Below are positions 26,646 through 40,084 of a DNA stretch of 64,000 bases, in pieces (positions within the stretch are counted from its first letter, which is position 1; each line of letters begins with the position of its first letter). The stretch lies in assembly GCA_951406725.2 (NCBI GenBank), contig OX597814.1, positions 128,464,001-128,528,000 on the forward strand, read 5' to 3'. Below the pieces are notes generated by a model. The model saw only the letters and a program-made list of their open reading frames with translations. It did no database searches and was not told the origin of the DNA. Position numbers and translations under genes: made by a program. The stretch is from Octopus vulgaris (Eukaryota).

Positions 26646-27939
26646 TGTCCAGACACCAGTCGAACCGCCCAACCCATGCTAGCATGGAAAATGGACATTA
26701 AATGATGATGATGATGATATGTGCGCGTGTGTGTGTGTGTGTGTCTGTGTTTGTCCCCCAACATTATTTGACAACCGATGCTGGTGTGTTTACGTCCCCG
26801 TAACTTAGTGGTTTGGCAAAAGAGACTGATAGAATAAGTACTAGGCTTACAAAGAATAAGTCCTGGGGTCGATTTGCTCGACTAAAGGCAGTGCTCCAGC
26901 ATGGCTGCAGTCAAATGACTGAAACATGTAAAAGAGTATAAAATAAAGGTCCAATTAAGTAAAATAGGAATCAAAGGAATCTATCAGGAAAAAAACGGTT
27001 AAGAATTACCAGCGTTGCCTTACTGGCACTTGTGCCCCATGCCAGTAGGGTGCTAAGAGCACCATCCAAGTGTGATCGTTGCCAGAGTGGCTAATCTGGC
27101 TTCCGTTGGAAATGTGGTATTGTGCATTTGAGCATGATCGTTACCAGCGGCACCTTACTGGCACCTGTGCCGGTGGCATGTGTAAAAAGATTCGAGCGAG
27201 GTCGTTGCCAGTACCACCTGACTGGCCCCCATGCCGGTGGCACGTAAAAGCACCCACTACACTTTCGGAGTGGTTGGCTTTAGGAAGGGCATCCAGCTGT
27301 AGAAACTCTGCCAGATCAGATTGGAGCCCAGTGCAGCCATCTGGTTCGCCAGTCCTCAGTCAAATCGTCCAACCCATGGAAAGCGGATGTTAAACGATGA
27401 TGATGATGATGATGAATCACTGATCAAACCTATCATCTCTATGAAGCTCATATTCTATGAAACTTGTATCCTATGAAACTTTCTGATTGTGAATGGTTGT
27501 CCCTCATACTATCTCCATCTCTCTACCTCCTTCATCCTTTACTAGGCCTATGTATGAGCGATTATTTTGGTCCATCCTTCAATTCATCAGTACCCACTTT
27601 CCCTTCTCCAGCCATGTCTCTGCTCCATTTCGGTCATCATCCAATCACTCATATCTCTCATCTGTCCATCCTCATCACTCTGCTTCTGCCCACCTTCTTT
27701 CCTCCATCTCTCCATTTACTTTAATCATCACCTTATCATTCACATCCCTCATCTCACCACCTGTGTGGCTTGCTCACCTACTATCATCCATCATTCTTTC
27801 TCTGCTTGTTTTCTTCTCACTGTTCTCCTCCAACAGCTTCCCTACCACCTCAACTAACCCTCATCTCTCTTATGTGTTGCATGTGTGTGTGTGTGTGTGT
27901 GTGTGAGTAAGTCTATGTATGTATGCATACATGTAAATT

Positions 27940-29620
27940 ATCATCATCATCATCATCATCATATACTCAAGCCTATTCCCCATTTTTTTTGAGGAGTAGG
28001 TAGCCACAGCAAGACACATATTCCATTCATTTCCTAGCTCAAAGGAGCAAGCCCTGTTCTATGCTTGGGTCAAGGCATAGAACACAACTCCCAATATCAG
28101 CAGCAGGGACCCACAGCATATGCTGGTTTACCCCCACCACATCATGCTGGTTCCATACCTCTTTGAGCAACATCAAAATTCACTCATCCGTTCACAAACG
28201 CTCCCCAAGCTTTCCTATCTTTTATAAACTCTCTTGCCTCTCTCACTCCTACACCTCTAACTACCAAAGCTTTCCTCACTCCATCCATCCATACAAACCA
28301 AGGTCTGCCTCTGGTTTTGCTGCCTACCACTTCAGCCTTCATCACCCTCCTTACCATCTTTTCCTCCTCATCCATCTTTTCCATGTGGCCAAACCACCTC
28401 AACATTCATCTATCCAATTTGGTCGTTAGTTTTTCTTTCATCCCTTTTCGTTTTCACACTTCCTCATTCTTCATCCTATCCATCCAAGTCACACTAACCA
28501 TAGCCCTCAGAAATCTCACCTCAAACACATCTAGTCATCTCCTTTCAAACCTCTTTCAGCCCCCACATCTCTGCACCATATAACATTGTCTGCACAATCA
28601 CACCCTCATACACACCTCTTTTCACTTTCATACTCAACCTTTTATCTCTCAGCATACCTTTCACAACTCCAAGTATCTAACTCCCCTCCCTTACTCTGTA
28701 TCCCACTTCCTCAGCCAACCCCACCATCTGCCGTCACATGTGATCCTAGATACTTAAAAAACACTCACCTCCTCTAACATCTCACCATTTATACTCACAT
28801 CCATCCTATCAGCCCTTCCATCTCTCGAACATCTCACCACCTTACTCTTAACTACATTCACTTTCAGTTTCCTCCTCTCACACACTCTTCCAGACTCTAT
28901 TACCAGTCTCCTCAGTTGCTCTTCTGAATCTGCCACCACTACTGTATCATCAGCAAACAACAGCTGACTCACCTGCCATTTCTCTCCATTTCCTCCCACC
29001 ATTTGGGTTCTCCTACCAAGGGTTCTAGCATTTACCTGTCTCACCACACCATCCATTTATAATTTAAACAGCCACAGCGACATCACACAACCCTGTCTTA
29101 ACCCCACCTTCACATCAAACCACTCACTTCACCACCCACCCTAACGCATACCCTACTTTCTTTATAAAAACCTGAACAGCTCTCAACAATCTACAGCTCT
29201 CAACAAATACTCGATACAACCACAACACCTGCTACATTGCATCCCTATCCACTTGGTCATATGCCTCCTCTAAGTTCATAAAGGCCCAATACACCTCCCT
29301 CCCTTTAGCAAAAAACTTCTCACACATTTGTCTTACTACAAATATTTGATCTGTACACACCCTTCCACTCCTAAAACCACACTGCACATCCCCTAGTAAC
29401 TCTCTGTCTGGTTCCTCACCCTAACAACCAGAATTTTCCCATACAATTTACCAACCACACACTACAGACTTATACCCCTAAAATTTCCACTCACATTTAT
29501 CCCCTTTCCCGTTGTACAGTGGCACTTTACAGGCACTGCACCAATCCTTTGGTACTCTTCCAGCCATATAACAAACATTCATAAACCTCACTAACCATTC
29601 AATCATTGTCCTTTCTCATT
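27940..29620 (-). mobile_element. Degenerate RTE LINE of a different family (no PHD insert)
   Basis: LLFADDTVVVADSEEQLRRLVIESGRVCERRKLKVNVVKSKV and LRWFGHMEKM...RGRPWFVWMDGV; GAT tail at about 27940-27960. Confidence 0.85.
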
Positions 29621-30511
29621 CTTGTGCTTACACTTTCCGTACATCCTTCTCCACTGCTATTTACATCTAGGGATCAGAAATTATTCACTACCTCTAAAGA
29701 GCCTTTGGGGTATTTGACAAAATTTCCCAAGTACCTATAGTTTTTAATGTTCCAGTGCATATTCCACATACAAACAGTACTTTCTCTTATAACCTTCCTA
29801 TTATTCTATTGCCCTTCTTGTGTGTCTATAGCTTGCACTGGGTACACCATATGAAATTCTTGCCAACATCTTCCTTACATATCAAGCAGGGCTCTGATAG
29901 GACTAGACCTATCTTGCTTTCTAGAACTTTAGTCTTTGCTAAGTTAGCCCTAAGGCCCTTCGATTCCAGGTTTTGCTTCCACACCTGGAATTTCTTTTTT
30001 CTTCTGTTACGGAATCTGTTATGAGAGCAAGATAATCGGTATATAGCAGTTCTCATGGAAAGCCACTCTTGAATTCTTCTGTTATAACCTGTTGAATAGG
30101 AGGGGACTGAGAATGAAACCCTGATGAATGCCTACCTGTACACTAAATTCATCACAGTACTCATCATTAACTCTCACCTTACTGGCAGAACTTCTGTATG
30201 TGGCCTGTACAACTTTTATAAGCCATTCATCTACCCCTAGCTTCCTCAGCACCCACCATATCACACAGCAGAGTACACTGTCAAAGGTTTTCTCCTAATT
30301 TCAAATGCCAACTACAATGGTTTATTTTTAGCCAAATACTACTCCTGCAGTTACCTGACTATAAAGATGGTCAGTAGTGCTGCTTCTCAGATCAAAGCCA
30401 AACTGCATTTCACCTATTCTGATTCTGTTCCAAATTAATTGGGCTATAACCCTTTCTGTAACTTTCATGACCTGATCCAGCAAATTGATGACTCTGTAGT
30501 TATTTCTGTCT

Positions 30512-31528
30512 TAACTTTTCTAGAGGAACCTGACTATGATTTGCTTGGAGAATTGGAGTTACAAGAATTCAATCAAATGCTAGCTTATTTGACAGACATT
30601 TTCACTTGTATGAATGATCTGAGTCTATCTCTTCAAGGAAAAAACATAAACATATTGAAATGTTGTGCAAAGCTAAATGCCTTCAGAGAAAAGTTAGCTC
30701 TTTGGTGTTGATGAGTGAAAAGAAGGAATCTTTCAAAGTTTCCATCACTTGAAGAAACAGTTGATAATAATGAATCTGTAATTCCTAGTGTGGGTGAAGA
30801 GATTGTGGCTCATTTGGAAATGTTGTCAAAGTTGTTTGATGGATATTTTGAAGTAGAAAAACTGGAAACTTCTGAAGAATGGATTATGAATCCATATTCC
30901 TTCATCTGGAATATGTTATCTGGATATGTCAGATGATAGAGAGCTGAAGAAGGATCTTATCGAACTGTATCCAAGGTGTGTCCTTGAAATGCAATTTGAA
31001 AGCAAGACTTTGGAAGAGTATTGGTGTTCAGCTATGGATATGTTTCCAAGACTTTGTGGAAAAGCACTAGCTTTACTCATCCCATATGTGATGATGTACT
31101 TATGTGAGTCTTAGATTAGTACTCTTTTATCAATCAAAATAAAATCAAGAAATCACTTGAATGCAGATATGTGGATTGCTATCAGCAACATAACGCCATG
31201 TTATGAAGAACTCATAACCAAGAAACAGGAACAGAAGAGTAATTAACTTTAAAATCATTTATGAATGTTTAAGCGTTAGTCCTTTCAATTTTTTAATTTG
31301 TGAAAATAAAATTTGTTATAATAAAATTTATTTTAGTTTGTTATATATTCTCTTGACCATACATTTTGTTTTTGTTAACATATTGTTGAAAAATTAGATA
31401 ATATAAAATATATTGCTCAAATTTAGTTCACTTTTAACGTTAAATAAATTTTTAATTTTTTAAGGGGTGCAAAGACATTGTGAAAAATTTTTAGGGATGC
31501 AGGCATAACAAAAGGTTGGGAACCACTA
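30512..31528 (+). pseudogene. hAT (Charlie/Buster, ZBED5/SCAND3-like) transposase C-terminal relic with 3' TIR
   Basis: LAYLTDIF..MNDLSLSLQGKN, WIMNPY, EYWC...YLCES; stops and frameshifts; TIR GGTTGGGAACCACT at 31514-31527. Confidence 0.85.
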
Positions 31529-31614
31529 ATCTAAAGCATCTTCCTTACCCTTGTAGCAGCTGATTCTGATGCTGCTGCACCACTCATTGTGGATGACAAT
31601 GATCCTGAGTGGAA

Positions 31615-31991
31615 GCACTCTGTCGGTTACGATGACGAGGGTTCTGGTTGATCCGATCAATGGAACAGCCTGCTCGTGAAATTAACGTGTAAGTGGCTGA
31701 GCACTCCACAGACACGTGTACCCTTAACGCAGTTCTTGGGGATATTCAGCATGACACAGAGAGTGACAAGGCCGGCCCTTTGAAATACAGGTACAACAGA
31801 AACAGGAAGTAAGAGTGAGAGAAAGTTGTGGCAAAAGAGTACGGCAGGGATCACCACCATCCCCTGCCGGAGCTTCGTGGAGCTTTAGGTGTTTTCGCTC
31901 AATAAACACTCACAACGCCTGGTCTGGGAATCGAAACCGCGATCCTACGACCGCGAGTCCGCTGCCCTAATCACAGGGCCATTGCGCCTCC
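31615..31991 (-). mobile_element. Full tRNA-Arg-like SINE (OR-type) with probable TSD
   Basis: tRNA head with A/B boxes; flanking direct repeat ACAATG(A/T)TCCTGA at 31596-31608 and 31992-32004. Confidence 0.8.
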
Positions 31992-32604
31992 ACAATGTTC
32001 CTGAATAACCTGATTAACTATACAGGATACTAAACCATATCCTACACCTCAAGATATTTTAAGCATGTCAACTTTTCCTCTCTCCATATCCTTAATTGCC
32101 TCATCTAACATACTGCAGTCAAGACAAAAAGCTAATTCCTTTGTTGGGTTTACATAGGGGATATTCCCTTTCTCCCTTCCATTCACCACATCTAATAGCT
32201 TTTCATAGAAGCACTTCCACACCTCTTTCTTTTTGGGGTCAATGAGAGCAAGCATACCATTATCCATCTGTATATACTTCTCTCTGACACACTGTCTAAC
32301 AATTCAGACTGATCTTCCTTTCTGCATCTACCCTTGCTAGATAAACCTGTTGCCTAGCTTCCCACTTGGCTACCTGATATAGATCTTTGCTGCCTCCATA
32401 TCTCCACTCTTTCCAAACCAGTCTCTTTGCTTGTAAGGCCCTATTTGCTTCACTGTCCCACCATCAAGTCATCCTCCTTCTGGCAGAGATTTTGCCCTAG
32501 CCACGGATTTGATCTGCAACCTTCAGAAGGTTGTCATTTAAGAACTTCCAGTCATCCTCTATTTTATGCACATCACAACCTCCTCCTCTTTCTCATTAAA
32601 TGCT

Positions 32605-32823
32605 TTACTCTTTTACTCTTTTACTTGTTTCAGTCATTTGACTGCAGCCATGCTGGAGCACCACCTTTAGTCAAGCAAATCGACCACAGTACATTCTTTG
32701 GAAGCATAGTACTTATTCTATTGGTCTCTTTTGCTGAAGCGCTAAGTTACGGGCATGTAAACACACCACCATCGGTTGTCAAGCGATGTTGGTGGGGACA
32801 AAGACACACAAACATATACACAC

Positions 32824-32877
<54 letters not shown>

Positions 32878-33039
32878 GATGGGCTTCTTTCAGTTTCCGT
32901 CTACCAAATCCACTCACAAGGTTTTGGTTGGCCTGAGGCTATAGTAGAAGACACTTGCCCGAGGTGCCATGCAGAGGGACTGAACTCGGAACCATGTGAT
33001 TTATAAGCAAGCTACATACCACACGGCCACTCCTGTGCC
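32605..33039 (-). mobile_element. tRNA/CORE-like SINE
   Basis: Colinear with 16143-16679. Confidence 0.85.
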
Positions 33040-33449
33040 TATAATCAGAATATTTATAAACCCCTGACTGTTTGATGGATCTTTTGAGCTTCAATAACTT
33101 CCTTTTCTGAACTGAACTGCTTTCTGTCCCTGTGTCCATCTAGCCCAAAGCCTGAAGTTGCTAGCGACTAACTTGCGTTATGTTGTACATTCCTCATTGG
33201 GAAAGGACTTAGCATTTGTAAGCATCTGTCTATATCTGTTTCTGGTGAGGAAATAATCAATGTGGCTGAAATGCCCAGCAAATAGATAAGAGATTAGATG
33301 GCTGACTGGTTTCCTGAAGTTAGTGCTGTAGACTAACAAGTCATTTGCCTCACAGAACTCCAGGAGCCTTGTTCTATCTTCGTTTCAAGGTCCAAAGCTG
33401 AAACTTTCATGCACACCATAAAATCCATTAGTGTGTTAACCTACATGAC

Positions 33450-33865
33450 TTATTTCTTTATTGCCCACAAGGGGCTAAACATAGAGGGGACAAACAAGGA
33501 CAGGCAAATGGATTCAGTCGATTATATCGACTCCAGTGCGTAACTGGTACTTATTTAATTGACCACGAAAGGATGAAGGGCAAAGTCGACCTTGGCGGAA
33601 TTTGAACTCAGAACGTAACGGCAGACGAAATACCTATTTCTTTACTACCCACAAGGGGTTAAACACAGAGGGGACAAACAAGGACAGACACACGGATTAA
33701 GTCGATTACATCGACCCCAGTGCATAACTGGTACTTATTTAATCGACCCCGAAAGGATGAAAGGCAAAGTCGACCTCAGCGGAATTTGAACTCAGAACGT
33801 AATGGCAGATGAAATATGGCTACACATTTTGCCCGGCTTGCTAATGTTTCTGCCAGCTCGCTACC
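33450..33865 (-). mobile_element. Meta-like SINE with tandem duplication of its 3' ~185 bp
   Basis: Two successive copies of TTTCTTTA.T.CCCACAAGGGG.TAAAC...GAACTCAGAACGTAA. Confidence 0.8.
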
Positions 33866-33906
33866 CTACATGACTAATGAGTGAGTGGTGACTGTTCTTG
33901 TCACCA

Positions 33907-33907
<1 letters not shown>

Positions 33908-33973
<66 letters not shown>

Positions 33974-34219
33974 AATGTGCATGCATATACATTATTGGTT
34001 GACCATTGACTGATCTGAATTTATGTGCTGTGATTATGTTTTATGTATACATACGTAAATACATACATACATATATGCATGCATACATGTATACATACAT
34101 ACATACATACATGCATACATACATACATACATATATACGTACATGCATACATACATACATACATACATACATACATACATACATACATACATACATACAT
34201 ACATACATACATACATACA

Positions 34220-34253
<34 letters not shown>

Positions 34254-34580
34254 CATACATACATACACGCATACATATATACATACATACATACATGCAT
34301 ACATACATACATATATATGTACATGCATACATACATACATATACATATATACATACATACATACATACAAACATATATACATACATACATACATATATAC
34401 ATACATACATACATATGTACATACATACATATATACATACATACATACATACATACATATGTACATGCATACATACATACATATATACATACATACATGC
34501 ATGCATACATACATACATGCATACATACATACATACATACATACATACATACATACATACATACATACAAACATACGTAT
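33908..34580. repeat. (CA)n followed by a ~530-bp (TACA)n microsatellite
   Basis: Directly visible; source of the low-complexity HTYI/MYVC ORFs. Confidence 0.95.
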
Positions 34581-35021
34581 ATACATAGTATGTATTTATG
34601 AATGTATGTGTGTATGTATGGTGTAGTGATGAATGGATGGATGGATACATTAGTGTATGTATGTAAGTATATGCACACATACTTAAAACACATAATTTAA
34701 AGCTCACGTGTGCACAAATACTTAGACGTACAAATAGATGAATATATACAAACAACCATATACACTTATTCTCCACACAGACATTTACAAATATATTCAT
34801 GTATAGTTGTGTACAGTTGCATGCATGGCTACACACACAAAATAAATATAACAGGAAGTAGGTAACAAAAATAAACATTTCTTGGGTGAGTGCTTGATAG
34901 GTAAATGGGTAAAGATTAAATAATTAAATAGATTCCTAAATAAATAGATAGATGCATAAATGAATAAATGAGGAAAAGGAAAGAATAAAAGAAAATAAGA
35001 TAATGAAAATGGTTGTGGCTG

Positions 35022-35560
35022 TAGGCACAGACGTGGCTGTGTGGCAAGAAGCTTACTTCTTAACCACGTGGTTTTGAGTTCAGTCCCACTGCACGGCACC
35101 TTGGGCAAATATCTCCTACTATAGCCTTGAGCCAACCAAAGCCTTGTGAGTGAATCTGGTAGACGGAAACTGAAAGAAGCCTATCATGTCTGTGTGTGTG
35201 TGTGTGTGTCTGTGTGTGTGTTTGTCTGTCTGTATGTCCGTCTGTCTGTCTGTGTGTGTGTGTGTGTGTGTGTGTGCACGTGTCTGTGTGTGTGTATGTG
35301 TGTCCGTCTTTCTGTCTGTCCGTCTGCCTGTCTTTATGTCTGTGTTTGTCCCCCACCACTGCTTGACAACCAGTGTTGGTGTGTTTATGTCCCCATAATT
35401 TAGCAGTTCGTCAAAAGAGACAAATAGAATAAATACCAGCATTAACAAAAATTAGTCCTAGAGTTGATTCATTTGAGTAAAGAACATTGTTCAAGGTGGT
35501 TCTCCAGCTTGACCACAGTCTAATGACTGAGACAAGTAAATAAAAGAAGATAAAAGATAA
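35022..35560 (+). mobile_element. tRNA/CORE-like SINE
   Basis: Same head, CORE-like and tail segments as 16143-16679. Confidence 0.8.
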
Positions 35561-36259
35561 AGCTACAGTAACAGAAGAGTCACTAGTAAGTGAAATATGA
35601 AAGAATGGAATGTTTATGCTGTAGTGTGATGGAGGAAAAGGACAACAGAAAAAGAAGCAAACGGAAGAAGGAAATACAAAAGGCCTTACCTGTTGACCTC
35701 GGCGGAATCATCGGTCACTCTCACGAATTAAACATGTCTTGTCTCACAGCTGTCTCTGCTCAAACTGACCACATGTGCTTCCTGCCCATGCATGCCCTGT
35801 GCCTGTGTCACAGGCCCCTGCAGTCCTTACTTCCATCCACCTCATCTGCAATCTCCTCCACCAACACCACATAGCTCCATCACATCCCATAACACCACTA
35901 ACACCACATTTATGCTATAGTGAAAATGGTACCCCAATTCCCACATGACAGCTACTATAAAGTCAGTCAGTCAGTAATAGTTGAGTCATTGAATGAGTTC
36001 TCAGTTGGAGTTGGTGCCAGTTATGTAATATATAGGAGTTTGAGTTAGCATCAAGGTAGATGTTTCAAATTCGTCTTGCGGAGCTGTTGGTGATAGCATG
36101 ATAAACAATTCACACTGACAAAGTTGAAAAAAAGATTTTTATCCATGAGAAAATTAACAATTCATACACACAGCATAGAAAACTTTTTCACTTGAAATTA
36201 AAAACTCGACAGAAGAGTGACAAACATTGTTGCAGTACATATTTTATGAAAAATCTGTA

Positions 36260-36445
36260 AAATTATGGAAAACTTGTTACAATGTCTAGTTGCAAAAACA
36301 GCAGCAACAACAACTCAAAGAACAATAAAAACAACAACAAATGTTACAGCAACAAATGCTACAATTAATGAAGTTGGTATCAAAACCTGAAAAATCATTT
36401 TCACCAGACCATGTAACAAATTCAATAAATGAATTTAAATATATA
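36260..36445 (+). pseudogene. Possible Gypsy gag N-terminal relic
   Basis: Q-rich stretch followed by LMKLVSKPEKSFSPDHVTNSINEFKY, resembling gag starts of invertebrate Gypsy elements; no LTR pair verified. Confidence 0.4.
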
Positions 36446-37834
36446 CATATATATACGACGGGCTTCTTTCAGTTTCTGTCTACCAAATCCACTTACAAGG
36501 CTTTGGTTGGCCCGAGGCTATAGTAGAAGACACTTGCTCAAGGTGCCGTGCTGTGGGACTGAACCCGGAACCATGTGGTTGGTAAGCAAGCTACTTACCA
36601 CACAGCCACTCCTGTGCCTATATTTAGAAGTGGAGATGTAGTTCTGTAGTGTATATTTTTTTTCATTATTTTTATAATTTGTATATATTTATTTTATTAT
36701 AAATGCAAAACAACACTACAGAGGAATCAATGTAAGCTTAAATAATAAACCACGATAGGTGAACCGCGATATGGCAAGGGATTACTGTAGCTCCTTTACA
36801 GCAGCACACCTGATTCTGCCCTCATTCTTGATCACTCTCTCTCTCCTTCTCTTGTGCTTCCGGCTGGTTAGGTAACCAGGTATCTCCTTTACAGTAGCAC
36901 ATCTGTTTTTGTTCTCTTCCTTGTCACCTCTCCCCATCCCTCCCCCTCTCTCTCTCTCCCTCTCTGGCCAGGTAACCAAGTACCATCTCTATTGCAAGAC
37001 ACCTGTTTCTGCCTCTCTGTTTTTCTGTCACACTCTACTAACCTTTCATCATCTGACACAAGATCACCTCTTCCAGTATTCCCTCCCCTCTCAAAGATTC
37101 CTTGTCTCGCAAGTTACTTGGTGACCCTGCCAGTGCTGGTGCCATGTAAAAAGCATCCAGTCCACACTGTGAAGTGGTTGGCATTGGGAAGGACATCTGG
37201 CTGTAAAAAAGCATGCCAAAACTGACCTCACATGTGCTGGTGCCATGTAAAAAACACTCAATCTACTCTGTGGGGTGGTTGGTGTTAGGAAAGGCTTCCA
37301 GCTACAAAAACTGTGCCAGAACAGAGACAATAGCCCAGTATAGTCTTCTACCCGGCTGGCTTCAGTCAAACAATCCAACCCATGCCAGCATGGAAAGCAG
37401 ACATTAAACGATGAGGATGAAGATGATGATGATGATAACCAGGTTGAGTCAATTTTTTTTTTCATATTTCAAGCTTTAATTAAAAATTCAAACAAATTAC
37501 ATATGAATGTGTTTATTCATATCCCATTATATTCTATTGTCTGTTACCATTGTTGTACAATTCCATGTAATACCATTTGAGGCAAAAAGTCTCCTTGCAT
37601 CCCTCTTCAACCTCATCCACATTGTTGAACCTCTATCTATGCAGAAAATGAGGTATGGCTCAGAAAAGGTGGCAATATGATGGTGCAAGGTAAGGCTGTA
37701 AACTGGCAGAATTGTTACCATGCTGGGCAGAATGCTTAGCAGCATTTCATCTGTCTTTATGTTCCACGTTCATATTCCACTGAGGTCAACTTTGCCTTAC
37801 ATTCTTTCAGAGACAATAAAGTAAGTACAGTTGA

Positions 37835-37990
37835 GCACAAGGTCTGGATTGTAGTTCCTCAAGTTTGCATTTGGTCACATTGGCAGTGTGTACTGGGGCA
37901 TTGTCATATTGTAGGAGTGAACATCTTTGAATGACCAATGTCAGGTAGTGAGCTTTCAAAGCATCATATACATAGGTGTTGAGCATAAAA
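37835..37990 (-). pseudogene. Mariner transposase catalytic fragment
   Basis: LLQYDNAPVHTANVTKCKLEEL resembles the HDNAP.H motif. Confidence 0.6.
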
Positions 37991-38009
37991 GTGTTCACAG
38001 CATAAAAAT

Positions 38010-39190
38010 CTGGCACAAGCTCAAAGGGCGAGATGCCCTATACTATCAGCAGAGGTAGGAGCTCTCTGAACTTTGTCCAGCCTATTCTTATTCTAGTAGC
38101 TACGCTCTCAGTGCATCCCCCACCCCATCACTACTGAATTGGTCGTCTAGGTAACAGAAACTATTGACTTCTTCTAGTTTTTCCCCCTGGCATATGATGG
38201 AATTTATTTTCTGTACATGTTGGTGTTTATTGTACCTGTGCACCTTCCACACACAAAAACTATCTTCCCTGTTAACCTTCCTCTGATATTGCTGCACCTT
38301 CTTGTCTCGCAAGTTACTTGGTGACCCTGCCAGTGCTGGTGCCACATAAAAAGTATCCAGTCCACACTGTAGAATGGTTGGCATTTGGAAGGGCATACAG
38401 CTGTAAAAAACCATGCCAAAACTGACCTCACATGTGCTGGTGCCATGTAAAAAACACTCACTCTACTCTGGGGTGGTTGGTGTTAGGAAAGGCTTCCAGC
38501 TACAAAAACTGCCAGAACAGAGACAATAGCCCAGTATAGTCTTCATGGCTGGCTTATGTTTCCATAGCTTATACTAGGTACATCTTATGGAGTTTCTACC
38601 TATGCCTTTTCTACAGATCAAGCAGAGCCAACTACCTGAAGGGATTTGTGATTTGTCCGCCTTCCTACTTACTAAGACTTTAGTTTTTACTAGGTTAGCT
38701 CTAAGACTTTTCAATTCTAGACCTTGCTTCCACACCTGAAGCTTCTACTCTAGTTCTTAGAGTAGAAGTAATTAGAGCAAGTCATCAGCATAGAGGAGCT
38801 CCCAGGGGCAGCCTGTCTTGAATTCCTCTGTTATTGCCTGGGGAACTATGATGAATAAGGGGGGTGGCTGAGGACTGATCCTTGGTGAACACCAACTTAT
38901 ACCCTGAATTCATTGCTGCACTCATTTACAACCTTCACCTTATTGACAGCATTCCTGTACATGGCTTGCACAGCTCTCACCAACCACTCACCTATCCCTA
39001 GTTTCTGCATTGACCACCAGAGAAGAGATTGGGGGACCCTATCAAAGGCTTTCTCCATGTCAATAAAAGCCAAGTACAGAAGTTTATCTTTGGCTAGGTA
39101 TTTCTCCTGCAGTTGTCTTACTAGAAATATTGCATCAGTGGTGCTTCTCCTTGGCTCAAACTCAAAATGCATCTCATCTAAACTCTCTCC
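38010..39190 (-). mobile_element. Degenerate PHD-type RTE RT fragment
   Basis: STTDAIFLVRQLQEKYLAKDKLLYLAFIDMEKAFDRVP and FVCGRCTG; frameshifted. Confidence 0.85.
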
Positions 39191-39661
39191 CTAATTGTTT
39201 ATATCCCCATAACTTATTAGTTCAGCAAAAGAGACTTATGAAAATAAACAGTGGGGTCAATCTGGCTGACTCCTTTAAGGCAGTGCCCCAGCATTGCCAC
39301 AGTCCAATGACTGAAACAAGTGAAAGACAAAAGAATAAAGATGTATGAGTGTGTGTGTGTATGTGTGAGTGCATGTATGAGTGTGTGTGTCTATGAGTTT
39401 GTGTGTGTGTATGTGAGTGCATGTATGAGTGTGTGTGTGTGTGTTTGTGTGTATATGTGTATCTTTGTGTCTGTGTTTGTCCATCACCACCACTTGACAA
39501 CCGGTGGTGTGTGTTTATGCCCTCATAACTTAGCAGTTTGGCAAAACAGACCGATAAAATAAATATAAGGCTTAAAAAATAAAAAGTACTTGGTCAGTTA
39601 ATTCGACAAAAACTTCAAGGTAGTGCTCCTGCATGGCCACAGTCTAGTGACTTAAGTAAAG

Positions 39662-40084
39662 GGCAATCTTTCGTCTCTAGTAGACCTTTCCGTCGATTTC
39701 CGTAAAAAATTCTTTTTTTTTTTACATATGGGCTTGCGGGAACTTTTGAAGTAATGAGAGCGAAAGAGACTAAGAGAAAGCGATTGTATGACGAGGGAAA
39801 TTCTTTTGAAGTTACCGTGCATGGGAAGCATTGATGTACATGTGTGTGTGTGTGTGTGTGTTTGATGGTGTGTGGGAGACAGACAGTATGTTGTGTAAAT
39901 GAAGTGCTTCTGTTAGTGTGTGTGAAGAGAGAGAGTAATGTGTGAAAGAAAGAGATAACTGAATTTTTTTACTCGGTGTATGTGTATATGTATATTACTT
40001 CAAAAGTTCCCGCAAGCCCATATGTAAAAAAAAAAAAAATTTTATGGAAATCGACGGAAAGGTCTACTAGAGACGAAAGATCGC
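39662..40084. mobile_element. MITE with ~90-bp TIRs and 8-9-bp TSD (Mutator-like)
   Basis: GGCAATCTTTCGTCTCTAGTAGACCTTTCCGTCG...GAAGTAAT mirrored at 39994-40084; TAAGTAAAG at 39653-39661 and 40085-40093. Confidence 0.8.

Larger units (their letters stand above)
29700..33430 (-). mobile_element. Old PHD-type RTE copy retaining part of the APE endonuclease, interrupted by a hAT relic and two SINEs
   Basis: RT fragments at 29826-30510 and 31530-32430; minus-strand RLLEFCEANDLL...NFRKPVSHLISY...HIDYFL at about 33240-33380 is an APE C-terminal motif. Confidence 0.75.

Noticed and set aside
31915-31991. tRNA genes
   Set aside because: The tRNA-like segments are SINE heads that continue into repeat bodies; no complete cloverleaf with terminator.
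34006-34878. Long HTYI/MYVC ORFs (also 22862-23538, 41131-41656)
   Set aside because: Translations of (TACA)n/(CA)n/(TA)n microsatellites.
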